This document shows, in pieces, positions 11,599-20,301 of a stretch of 50,422 bases of DNA (positions within the stretch are counted from its first letter, which is position 1; the number at the start of each line of letters is the position of its first letter). This DNA is from Chitinophagaceae bacterium. GTDB taxonomy: Bacteria; Bacteroidota; Bacteroidia; Chitinophagales; Chitinophagaceae. Under the pieces are notes generated by a model, which worked only from the letters and a program-made list of their open reading frames with translations, made no database searches and had not been told where the DNA came from. The stretch is taken from assembly GCA_036278455.1 (NCBI GenBank), contig DASULB010000445.1:1-50422 (forward strand). The letters are read 5' to 3'. The position numbers and the translations under genes were made by a program.

Positions 11599-12105
11599 AT
11601 GAAACGACTGTTGTTTTTCCTGTTTTTGATTGCCCCCTTCTGTCTCCAGGCCCAAAGTTCATCCTCCAAAAGTTCAGAGCCGACCTATCTCCGTTTCCCC
11701 GAGGTACCCCCATTTGCCATGACGACTCCTTCAGGAAAAGTGTTCATGAACAAGGACCTCCAAAAGCATAAACCCGTCATGATCTTTTTATTTAGCGTGG
11801 ACTGCGAACATTGCCAGCATCAGACCAAAGAGATCACCAAAAATATAGCGCGGTTTAAGGGCACCCAGATCGTCATGATCACCCCTTTCGAACACAATGA
11901 AATGACGGCTTTCTACCGGGGTTATGGTGTCAATCACTACCCTGGCATCATTACTATGGGCAGCGATTCGACCAGAAAGCTTAACATGTTTTATCAGCAA
12001 CATTTTTTCCCGGGCATCTACATCTATAATAAACACAATAAGTTAGTATACCATCATGAAGGCACCGCCAAAATCGATACACTGGTGCATTATCTGAAGG
12101 ATTAG
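11599..12105 (+). CDS. Exported thioredoxin-fold protein (TlpA/redoxin-like)
   Basis: 168 aa with signal peptide MKRLLFFLFLIAPFCLQAQ. A CxxC motif (FSVDCEHCQ) sits in a thioredoxin-fold context. Confidence 0.72.
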   Translation: MKRLLFFLFLIAPFCLQAQSSSSKSSEPTYLRFPEVPPFAMTTPSGKVFMNKDLQKHKPVMIFLFSVDCEHCQHQTKEITKNIARFKGTQIVMITPFEHNEMTAFYRGYGVNHYPGIITMGSDSTRKLNMFYQQHFFPGIYIYNKHNKLVYHHEGTAKIDTLVHYLKD

Positions 12106-12174
12106 CAACTTTCCAGGCACCCACTGAAATAGTTAAAATTTCCAGAGGGCACGGAGAAAGCATGTCAAATTCAC

Positions 12175-12182
12175 TAACTTTG
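12175..12182 (+). promoter_or_regulatory. Bacteroidota -7 box (TAACTTTG) upstream of mdh
   Basis: Exact TAnnTTTG match 39 nt upstream of the mdh ATG. I found no clean TTTG -33 element. Confidence 0.3.
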
Positions 12183-12220
12183 TCTCACTATTTATTTTTA
12201 ACTCATTCAAAATACATATC

Positions 12221-13162
12221 ATGAAAGTTACGGTAGTCGGCGCTGGCAATGTAGGCGCTACCTGCGCCAATGTGCTGGCAAATAAGGATTTTTTGCAGGA
12301 AGTCGTGTTGCTCGACATTAAAGAAGGCGTTTCCGAAGGCAAGGCACTTGATGTTTCGGAAAGCGCTGCCATTAATTATTTTAGCACAAAACTTACGGGC
12401 GTCACCAATGATTACGCCCGCACTGCCGGCAGCCAGGTGGTCGTGATTACCTCAGGTTTGCCTCGCAAGCCCGGCATGAGCCGCGACGATCTCATTTCCA
12501 CCAACGCTTCCATCGTGAAGTCAGTGACCGAAAATGTCATCAAGCATTCGCCCGATGCTATTATCGTGATCATTTCCAATCCGTTGGATGTGATGACCTA
12601 TTGCGCTTATCTGACGGCAAAAGTCGACAGCAACCGCGTATTCGGCATGGCGGGTATCCTGGACACCGCCCGTTACAAAGCCTTCCTTGCTGATGAGATC
12701 GGCTGTTCCCCAAAAGATATCCAGGCAGTACTCATGGGCGGTCATGGCGACAGCATGGTCCCCCTTCCCCGGTATACGACTGTCGGAGGTATCCCTGTAA
12801 CAGAACTGGTAGCAGAAGATAAATTGAATGCCATTATCGAAAGGACAAAAAAAGGCGGTGGAGAGATCGTCAACCTGCTGGGCACCTCGGCATGGTATGC
12901 TCCCGGCGCAGCTGCTGCCCAGATGGTGGAATCCATTTGTAAAAATGAAAAACGTATTTTTCCCTGTTGCGCTTGGCTGACCGGAGAATACGGACTAGAA
13001 AAAATATATCTTGGCGTACCGGTTGTGTTAGGGAAAAAAGGAATTGAAAAGATTCTTGAACTGAAACTCAATGATCAGGAAACGGCCTTACTCCAAGCCT
13101 CAGCGGAACATGTGAGAGAAGTGATGAGCGTATTGGATAACATGCAGACAGTAGCCTCCTGA
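12221..13162 (+). CDS. mdh: Malate dehydrogenase (LDH-like MDH)
   Basis: 313 aa. MKVTVVGAGNVGATCA is a Rossmann motif, and the GGHGDSMVP catalytic-His region is typical of LDH-type MDH. Confidence 0.95.
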   Translation: MKVTVVGAGNVGATCANVLANKDFLQEVVLLDIKEGVSEGKALDVSESAAINYFSTKLTGVTNDYARTAGSQVVVITSGLPRKPGMSRDDLISTNASIVKSVTENVIKHSPDAIIVIISNPLDVMTYCAYLTAKVDSNRVFGMAGILDTARYKAFLADEIGCSPKDIQAVLMGGHGDSMVPLPRYTTVGGIPVTELVAEDKLNAIIERTKKGGGEIVNLLGTSAWYAPGAAAAQMVESICKNEKRIFPCCAWLTGEYGLEKIYLGVPVVLGKKGIEKILELKLNDQETALLQASAEHVREVMSVLDNMQTVAS

Positions 13163-13185
13163 GACGGCTGTTATTTTATAGGATA

Positions 13186-13214
13186 AAAAGCCATCTTCAA
13201 CGATGGCTTTTTTA
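13186..13214 (+). terminator. Rho-independent terminator of mdh
   Basis: 10-bp stem AAAAGCCATC / GATGGCTTTT with a 6-nt loop. It is followed by T residues and lies 24 nt after the mdh stop. Confidence 0.7.
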
Positions 13215-13433
13215 TGAGGCTGTGATCCTTTCTTTTAATAGTCCGGCAAGTAGTTCAATTTGATCGCGAGCTACAATTGGCGGAACGAAACGTCCAAGTG
13301 TTAAAAACCAAACATTCGGTTTTACAAGGGCTTGTTTCGCTTTTCAGCTATATCTGGCCTAGCCCAAACAAATAAATCTGTCCGAATACGGCTTGTTTCC
13401 TTTGTAGCCAGAACAACAAAATCACAATTGCAG

Positions 13434-13790
13434 TTTTCGGATTCCGTTATGATACGAGTAAAATACCGATATCAGGAAGGGGCCACCCGTACCAACAAAA
13501 TCTCAATTCCGCTATGATGCGATTAAAAGAATCATTAAATACATCCGCTAATAATCCCTTGGGATTTCAATTCCATTATGGTGCGATTAAAAGTTATGAG
13601 TTATGCTGATGCAAAAAGATCATTCATGGATTTCAATTCCATTATGGTGCCATTAAAAGCATGAGTATATATACATATATGTGTTTTCCGGTATAATTTC
13701 AATTCCATTATGCTGCGATTAAAAGAAGACGTTTCTTTAATATGATCACATTCTACAGGAATTTCAATTCCATTATGGTGCGATTAAAAG
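13434..13790 (-). CRISPR. Orphan CRISPR mini-array: six 30-nt repeats and five 34-36-nt spacers, with no adjacent cas genes
   Basis: Repeats start at 13434 (degenerate), 13500, 13564, 13630, 13696 and 13761. The + strand consensus is ATTTCAATTCCATTATGGTGCGATTAAAAG. The minus-strand reading CTTTTAATCGCACCATAATGGAATTGAAAT ends in an ATTGAAAN handle. Spacers are unique and repeat degeneracy increases toward low coordinates. Confidence 0.8.
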
Positions 13791-13818
13791 AAATCATAAA
13801 GACGGAGATAAACTAAAT

Positions 13819-13838
13819 CACTGTCAACCGACTAAAAT
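13819..13838. repeat. IS terminal inverted repeat (left)
   Basis: Matches the reverse complement of 15227-15246 at 17 of 20 positions. Confidence 0.8.
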
Positions 13839-13922
13839 TGCAAATCGATATTTTAGCAGGCTGAAAGCCCTGGTTTTATTGAAATTCTTATTTTTTACCG
13901 AATGGCGACCCTCCCGCTGTTT

Positions 13923-15143
13923 TTAAGTAGGGAACAAGCTTGGGGCCGAATCTACTGCCTTTACCTTGGCAAAAGTTCGTTTCACTTGTTTTAATAACTG
14001 CTCGACATCCAGCATGCTGACCAAATGTATCCTGATAATAGCAGCGACCGTTGAAAATGCCTTCTTTGTTTTTGCCTTCTTTTGCATCACGGTCAGTAGC
14101 AGCTGAACTATCAGCGTACACCAAACCTGCGTCCTAATCGCATTTTCATTCTCTCCATAGAAGTAATGCAATTGGAAGTTCTGTTTCATCTTTTTGAAGA
14201 GCAACTCTATTTGCCATCGCTTTTTATAGGTCAGGGCAATTTCCTCCGCAGTAATAATGAAGTTATTGCATATAAAGACATATTGGCGGTTTTTATCGCC
14301 CTGATAACAGACCCTTCTTAACGGAAACGTCCTCATCTCCTTGCCAGCTTTATAGCTTACTTCGATAATTTCTTCTTTATAAATACCGGCTATCCCCTTT
14401 TTGGGCCGCCTTTTAGATAACTTCGTCTCCTTTATTTTATAGGCCGCATCAGATTTCTGCCGCGTCACAAAATATGTGTTCTCTTCCGTCCACTTACGAA
14501 ACTGCCTGTAAAAATTGTAGGCTCTGTCAAATACCAACATACTCCATTGCGGGACCATCAAGTTTCGCAGAAAGTTCTTATCATGGACCCTGGCCTCCGT
14601 AATCTTGATAAACGTACCTACCCCCTGGACCGCATCTATAAGCATATGCACTTTTAGGCCACCTTTCTTTTTGCCGTCATTTTTCGGATTCCGGCCAACT
14701 CCTTTCAAGATATCGCTAAACAACCGTATTGTCGTAGAATCAACAATATACAGTTCCTTTAAGGTCAATCCGAGAGTTCGGCTGTCCGACAAAAAACCCT
14801 TATAACGCTCGACCAGCTCATAATATAACTTCTCAAAAAAGCTGCTATCTCTATTGCGGAGCCCATCTCCGGCCGTGCTCTTGGATGGACTTCTGTCCAG
14901 GCCTAAAAATTGAAGCTTTCCGCTCAATCCCTTAAGCCCCTCGCAGGTTTCAGCCATACTATCACAACGGCTCATAATGCCAAAAAGCATGGTCACCAGA
15001 TGAGTCCAGCTCTTAAAAGCCTTGTAATAGTAGTCTGATCCTGTTTGCTTTACCAGGGATTTGAAAGAACTTTTATCAATCAATTTTAGTATCTGGCTAA
15101 AAATCGGCTGACCGACTAATTTTATATCCGTACTTTTGCTCAT
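13923..15143 (-). CDS. IS4-family DDE transposase (DUF4372-type N-terminus)
   Basis: 406 aa. Candidate DDE residues lie in IVDSTTI, VFDRAYN and the Y-x2-R-x3-E-x6-K signature YKKRWQIELLFKKMK that is diagnostic of IS4-family transposases. Confidence 0.9.
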   Translation of the reverse strand: MSKSTDIKLVGQPIFSQILKLIDKSSFKSLVKQTGSDYYYKAFKSWTHLVTMLFGIMSRCDSMAETCEGLKGLSGKLQFLGLDRSPSKSTAGDGLRNRDSSFFEKLYYELVERYKGFLSDSRTLGLTLKELYIVDSTTIRLFSDILKGVGRNPKNDGKKKGGLKVHMLIDAVQGVGTFIKITEARVHDKNFLRNLMVPQWSMLVFDRAYNFYRQFRKWTEENTYFVTRQKSDAAYKIKETKLSKRRPKKGIAGIYKEEIIEVSYKAGKEMRTFPLRRVCYQGDKNRQYVFICNNFIITAEEIALTYKKRWQIELLFKKMKQNFQLHYFYGENENAIRTQVWCTLIVQLLLTVMQKKAKTKKAFSTVAAIIRIHLVSMLDVEQLLKQVKRTFAKVKAVDSAPSLFPT

Positions 15144-15226
15144 GTTGTGGTTTTTTTCTTGGTCGAAACAAACTTACAACATAATCGGGTTACCTACGGG
15201 TGACCCTTTTTTTATCCTTTTTCAGT

Positions 15227-15246
15227 ATTTTAGTCGGTTAGTAGTG
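15227..15246. repeat. IS terminal inverted repeat (right)
   Basis: ATTTTAGTCGGTTAGTAGTG, the reverse-complement partner of 13819-13838. Confidence 0.8.
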
Positions 15247-15392
15247 TAAAAATATATTAAACCTACAAATTCTGGTTCTTCAAAGGAACAAATAACCATA
15301 TTAATACAAATATGCCCGTTCACTATCTTTTTATCAGACGAATAGATAGCTGCATTAACTTGAATTTTGCTTTATTCTAAGTACTGAAATAC

Positions 15393-15482
15393 ACATTCGA
15401 GCCAAATATCGCTGATATCTCGCTCAAATGATGCTTAAAACATGTATTCGAGCCAAATATCCCCTATATCCCTCTCAAATTG
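15393..15482. repeat. Two tandem copies of a direct repeat of about 36 nt in AT-rich non-coding DNA
   Basis: ATTCGAGCCAAATATCGCTGATATCTCGCTCAAAT (from 15395) and ATTCGAGCCAAATATCCCCTATATCCCTCTCAAAT (from 15446), with a period of 51 nt. Confidence 0.6.
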
Positions 15483-15633
15483 TGAATAAACACACCAAAT
15501 ATTACTTATATTGGTTCAGGCAATCATCGAAAATGAAAAGGTATATCTCCGTCGAAAGGCCAGCGAATCGCCCTCTAAGCCGGGAGATTTATGAAGTGTA
15601 TTGTACGTAGTGAGTAAAAGATTGTCTGTAAGA

Positions 15634-17277
15634 TCATCCCTGCATCTGCAGCAATGTGCTTACTGGATCCTTCCCAAACAAGAGTTGTTCGGGATGCTCA
15701 AGAAGTTCTTTCACCCGGACAAGGAAGCTCACGGATTCGCTTCCGTCGATCACACGATGATCATAGCTGAGCGCTATATACATCATGGGGCGCACGACCA
15801 CTTGTCCGTCAACGACTTTGGGTCGCTGCTCAATCTTGTGCATTCCGAGAATGGCGGACTGCGGAGGATTCAGAATCGGTGTACTCATCAGCGAGCCAAA
15901 AACGCCGCCATTGGTGATGGTAAAAGTACCTCCTGTCATTTCTTCTATGGATAGCTTTCCATCCCTGGCTTTTTTTGCCAGTGCCACCACTTCTTTTTCA
16001 ATATCGGCCATGCTCATGCTCTCCGCATTGCGGATCACCGGTACCACGAGCCCGCGGGGCGTACTAACGGCAATGGATATATCACAATAATTATGATAAA
16101 GCAAATCCGTGCCATCAAGGTAAGCGTTTACCGCAGGCCACTCTTGCAAAGCAAAGCAACAGGCCTTGGAGAAAAATGACATAAAGCCGAGACCTACCTC
16201 ATGGACCTCTTTAAATTTTTCCTTGTATTGTTTGCGGATTGCCATGATGGCGTTCATGTCCACTTCATTGAAAGTGGTGAGCATGGCGGTGTTGTTCTTG
16301 GCTTCCACCAGGCGGCGCGAGATGGTTTTCCGGAGGTTGCTCATTTTTTCCCGGCGTTCCTCCCTGCTGAACAGTGGCTTTTCCAAGCTGGTGCCAGGAT
16401 GTTCCAACGCTGCCAGCACGTCAAACTTCACTATTTTTCCATGTGCACCGCTTCCGTGAACCTGTGCAGAGCTTACCTTCTTATCCGCCATCATGGCCGC
16501 GGCGACAGGTGTCGCTTTCTGGCTGGCGACACTACCTGCGGCAGGTTCTTCCGGTGTCTCCACGGTAATGCGGTCATGGATATTGAGCTGCGGTTCGCCA
16601 GCCTCAGGCTTCCCCTCCGTCGGAGCAGCGGACGCTTCCTTATCAGCAGGCGCTGAGGCAGAAGTATCTATCTTTGCTACCACATCACCAATCTGCAGGG
16701 TATCTCCTTCTTTACCCACCTGTTGCAAGGTCCCCGCCTCTTCAGCATTAAGTTCGAAAGTAGCCTTCTCTGATTCCAGCTCACAAATCACTTCGTCACG
16801 CTCCACGTAGTCGCCCTCTCCTTTTCTCCATGAAACCAACGTCACCTCATTGATGGACTCTCCCACAGTAGGCACCTTCATTTCAATCACACCTTTATCC
16901 GTCTTACCGGCTGGTTTTTTAGACGGCGCCTTTTTACCAGCTTTCCCCTTGGGGTCGGGTTTATTCTCTTTTTCTTCGGCGGGAGCAGCTGGTGTTTCTT
17001 CCGTTTGTTCGGCTGGAGCCTGTTCATTTCCGGCGGGTGCGGCCGCCTTCTCATCGATCTGGGCGATCACCGCTCCGATCTCGACCGTATCCCCTTCCTG
17101 GGCGCTTATTTTTAATATGCCGGCCTGTTCAGCGGGAAGCTCAAAGGAGGCTTTCTCCGACTCCAATTCACAAATCACCTCGTCCCGCGCTACATAATCA
17201 CCGTCTTGTTTTAACCATTTGGTAATAGTGGCTTCGGTAATGGATTCCCCGATGGTAGGTACCGTAATATCAGTCAT
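15634..17277 (-). CDS. sucB: 2-oxoglutarate dehydrogenase E2 (dihydrolipoyllysine succinyltransferase) with two lipoyl domains
   Basis: 547 aa with two tandem lipoyl domains (ICELESEKA twice), Ala/Pro/Glu linkers and a C-terminal acyltransferase core containing DHRVIDG. It lies immediately downstream of sucA. Confidence 0.92.
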   Translation of the reverse strand: MTDITVPTIGESITEATITKWLKQDGDYVARDEVICELESEKASFELPAEQAGILKISAQEGDTVEIGAVIAQIDEKAAAPAGNEQAPAEQTEETPAAPAEEKENKPDPKGKAGKKAPSKKPAGKTDKGVIEMKVPTVGESINEVTLVSWRKGEGDYVERDEVICELESEKATFELNAEEAGTLQQVGKEGDTLQIGDVVAKIDTSASAPADKEASAAPTEGKPEAGEPQLNIHDRITVETPEEPAAGSVASQKATPVAAAMMADKKVSSAQVHGSGAHGKIVKFDVLAALEHPGTSLEKPLFSREERREKMSNLRKTISRRLVEAKNNTAMLTTFNEVDMNAIMAIRKQYKEKFKEVHEVGLGFMSFFSKACCFALQEWPAVNAYLDGTDLLYHNYCDISIAVSTPRGLVVPVIRNAESMSMADIEKEVVALAKKARDGKLSIEEMTGGTFTITNGGVFGSLMSTPILNPPQSAILGMHKIEQRPKVVDGQVVVRPMMYIALSYDHRVIDGSESVSFLVRVKELLEHPEQLLFGKDPVSTLLQMQG

Positions 17278-17363
17278 AGTATAATATATCAGTTAATCAT
17301 CAGCAATTGTAAAAAGGGCCGCTTTAACAGCTAAGTTAACCCACTTTTCCTTATCTATGCCGT

Positions 17364-20132
17364 TTAGTGGCTTAAAATAGAAAAAGCGGTGTCAATGATC
17401 TCATTTTGCTCTTCCTTGTGCAGGCGCGAATATCCTGTTGCCGTGGCGGCACTGGCATTACGGCTAATCACACCAAAATTATAATGTTCCAGGTTCATCT
17501 TCAGATACCAGGCTGCCCCCATGTTCAATGGCTCTTCCTGTACCCAGAACCAATTGGCATGCTTATATTTTTCATAAAGCGCGTTGAGTTGTTTGGCGGG
17601 CAAAGGATACAATTGTTCCAACCTGATCACGGCCACGTCTTTTCGCTCATCCTGCATCTGCTTCTCACTCAGGTCGAAATAAAGTTTACCACTGCACAGC
17701 AGCACCTTTTTCACCTTTTGTGGATCCTGGTCACAATATTCATCTTCGATGATTTCATGAAAACCACCCTGGGTAAAGGCCTCTATCGGAGAATAGCTGC
17801 GCGGGTGGCGCAGGTTGGCTTTTGGCGAAAAATCAATCAGCGGCTTGCGGAAAGGATAGGCCAACTGTCTGCGGAGCACATGGAAGAAACTCGCCGACGT
17901 CGTACAATTGGTGATGATCATGTTGTACTCGGAGGCCATCTGCAGGAACCGCTCAATGCGTGCGCTCGAATGTTCCGGGCCCTGTCCCTCATAGCCATGC
18001 GGCATCAGCATCACCAATCCGTTCATGCGGTTCCACTTCTGCTCCGCGGAAGTGATAAATTGGTCAATCAAAGTCTGTGCGCCATTGGCGAAATCCCCAA
18101 ACTGTGCCTCCCATACGGTAAGGGTGTTGGGATTGGCGAGTGCATAGCCGTATTCAAAGCCAACGACGGCCAATTCACTAAGCAGTGAATTATAGATGCG
18201 GAATTTCCCCTGTTCAGGCGATATCCGGCTTAACCGGTTGTATTCTTCATCGGTCGCTTCATCATGCGGACAGGAATGCCGATGGGAAAAGGTTCCCCTT
18301 TTTACATCCTGGCCACTCATGCGCACGTCCCGGCCTTCCAGCAGGATACTCGCATAGGCGATGAGTTCCCCCGTGGACCAGTCGAGATAGCCCTCCTCGA
18401 AATGCTTCTTTTTTTCCTCCAGCAATTTGAGCATTTTTCTGAGTGGCTTAAAATTATCCGGCAGGGTCAATACAGCCTTCACCAGTAAATCGAGTTGTCC
18501 CCGGGTAATGGCCGTTTCGGGACTTTGATCAAAATCATGAGGTTCGGATTTGCGCAGCGCCTGCCACCATCGCTCAGGCTTTTGGTAAATAAAAGGCAGC
18601 GGGTGCTGTTTTACTTCATCGAGTCTTTCCTGGAGGGTCTGCCAAAAATGCTTTTCCATCTCCCTGGCCAGATCCGCATGAAAATCGCCCGAGTCAATCA
18701 GCTTTTGTGAATAAACCTGCCTGGGATCGGGGTGTTTGCCAATGAGATCATAAAGACGGGGCTGGGTGTATTTCGGATCATCGCCTTCATTATGACCATG
18801 TTTCCGGTAACAAACCATGTCGATAAAAATATCGCTGTTGAATTCCTGGCGATAGCGGGCGGCCATTTCAGCCACTTTTACCACGGCTTCGGCATCGTCC
18901 CCGTTAACATGAAATACGGGTGCCTCCACCATTGCCGCCAGACTGGTACAATAATCCGAGGACCGGGCGTCATCAAAATCAGTGGTAAACCCTATCTGGT
19001 TGTTGATCACAAAATGAATGGTGCCACCGGTATAATATCCCCGGAGCTTGCTCATCTGCAATACTTCATAGACCACTCCCTGTGCCGCCACGGCGGAATC
19101 ACCGTGAATCAGGATAGGCAGTATCTTGTCGTAATCACTGTCGTAAATCACATCCGCCTTGCCCCGGGTATAGCCTACGACCACAGGGTCCACCAATTCG
19201 AGATGGGAGGGGTTCGGCACCAGCTGAATATTCACCTGCTTATCGTTATAGGTCCTGATATCCGAACGGAAGCCCACATGGTACTTCACATCCCCGCTTC
19301 CCATGGTGATATCCTCATCCGTCACGTTGCCTTCAAATTCATTAAATATCTGGGCATAGGTCTTTTGCAGGATATTGGCCAGCACATTCAGCCTGCCCCT
19401 GTGAGCCATGCCGATCACCACCTCTTGTACCCCCATATCGGCGGCCGTATTGATGATCGCGTCCAGTCCTGATATGGTGTTTTCGCCGCCTTCGAGTGAA
19501 AAACGCTTCTGGCCTATGAATTTAGTATGCAGAAACTTCTCAAAAACCACCCCGTCATTTAACTTCTGCAGGATCCGCTTCTTCTTTTCCAGGGAAATGG
19601 GTTTCATCAATTCAGATTCCATCTGTTCCTGCAGCCAGTCGTATTTCTGCTTATCATCAATATAGGTATACTCAATACCGATGGTGGAGGCATAGCATTT
19701 ACGCAGAAAATCTATGATCTGCTGCAGGGTTGCCTGCTGCATACCAATGAAGGAGGCGGCGTAAAACGATGTTTGCAGGTCTTTCTCATCAAGGTTAAAA
19801 TACTTCAGGTCCAATTCCGCCTTACGGTCCTTTCGGGGACGGATGGGGTTCGTTTCTGCGATGAGATGACCTTTTTTACGATAGGCCTGAATAAGCCGGT
19901 ATACCGAAAATTCCTTGGCGAGCTGCTCCCCGGTCACCTCCGCCCCACCGGATTTGCCCACGGGGACGGCTTTTTCCACAGGGGTGCCGTTCACTTTATT
20001 GATGGCGTAATCAAATCCTTCAAAAAACCTGATCCATTCTATATCTACTGATTCCGGGTTCCTGGAAAACTCCCTGTACATGGATTCAATGTAGGCGGGA
20101 TGTGCGTTGGACAAAAATGAAAAGTCCTTCAT
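17364..20132 (-). CDS. sucA: 2-oxoglutarate dehydrogenase E1 component
   Basis: 922 aa. The N-terminus MKDFSFLSNAHPAYIESMYREF, the TPP-binding core and the C-terminal transketolase-like region are typical of SucA. Confidence 0.95.
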   Translation of the reverse strand: MKDFSFLSNAHPAYIESMYREFSRNPESVDIEWIRFFEGFDYAINKVNGTPVEKAVPVGKSGGAEVTGEQLAKEFSVYRLIQAYRKKGHLIAETNPIRPRKDRKAELDLKYFNLDEKDLQTSFYAASFIGMQQATLQQIIDFLRKCYASTIGIEYTYIDDKQKYDWLQEQMESELMKPISLEKKKRILQKLNDGVVFEKFLHTKFIGQKRFSLEGGENTISGLDAIINTAADMGVQEVVIGMAHRGRLNVLANILQKTYAQIFNEFEGNVTDEDITMGSGDVKYHVGFRSDIRTYNDKQVNIQLVPNPSHLELVDPVVVGYTRGKADVIYDSDYDKILPILIHGDSAVAAQGVVYEVLQMSKLRGYYTGGTIHFVINNQIGFTTDFDDARSSDYCTSLAAMVEAPVFHVNGDDAEAVVKVAEMAARYRQEFNSDIFIDMVCYRKHGHNEGDDPKYTQPRLYDLIGKHPDPRQVYSQKLIDSGDFHADLAREMEKHFWQTLQERLDEVKQHPLPFIYQKPERWWQALRKSEPHDFDQSPETAITRGQLDLLVKAVLTLPDNFKPLRKMLKLLEEKKKHFEEGYLDWSTGELIAYASILLEGRDVRMSGQDVKRGTFSHRHSCPHDEATDEEYNRLSRISPEQGKFRIYNSLLSELAVVGFEYGYALANPNTLTVWEAQFGDFANGAQTLIDQFITSAEQKWNRMNGLVMLMPHGYEGQGPEHSSARIERFLQMASEYNMIITNCTTSASFFHVLRRQLAYPFRKPLIDFSPKANLRHPRSYSPIEAFTQGGFHEIIEDEYCDQDPQKVKKVLLCSGKLYFDLSEKQMQDERKDVAVIRLEQLYPLPAKQLNALYEKYKHANWFWVQEEPLNMGAAWYLKMNLEHYNFGVISRNASAATATGYSRLHKEEQNEIIDTAFSILSH

Positions 20133-20301
20133 TATTAATAAGTTTGCTTTCTTTTTTGGAGTTTAGTGTGCAAACAATTTTCGCCTGCAAATATCGGTCA
20201 TTTACGTTGAAATCAAATGTAATTATCCGTTAAATGCAAGATTCCCTAAATGTTTGTTCGGATTGTATAACAAATGGTGGGATTGATAGTTGTTGCAGTG
20301 G

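Larger units (their letters stand above)
13819..15246 (-). mobile_element. IS4-family insertion sequence (1428 bp) with 20-bp imperfect terminal inverted repeats
   Basis: IR-L is CACTGTCAACCGACTAAAAT (13819-13838). The reverse complement of 15227-15246 is CACTACTAACCGACTAAAAT, a 17/20 match. The element carries a single DDE transposase ORF. Confidence 0.85.

Noticed and set aside
11158-11655. 165-aa minus-strand ORF
   Set aside because: It overlaps the start and signal peptide of the well-supported thioredoxin-fold gene by 57 nt. It has no recognisable domain and an odd composition, so the interval is reported as an unexplained gap instead.
13253-13291. CRISPR-repeat-like 39-mer GTTCAATTTGATCGCGAGCTACAATTGGCGGAACGAAAC (GTT...GAAAC ends) just left of the array
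   Set aside because: It occurs once in the window and is out of register with the array period. It shares only about 10 of its first 13 nt with the array repeat. That is not enough to call it a solitary repeat or a tracr-like element.
13332-13517. 61-aa ORF spanning the array trailer and the first repeats
   Set aside because: It reads through CRISPR repeat/spacer units and low-complexity trailer DNA, and there is no support for it as a gene.
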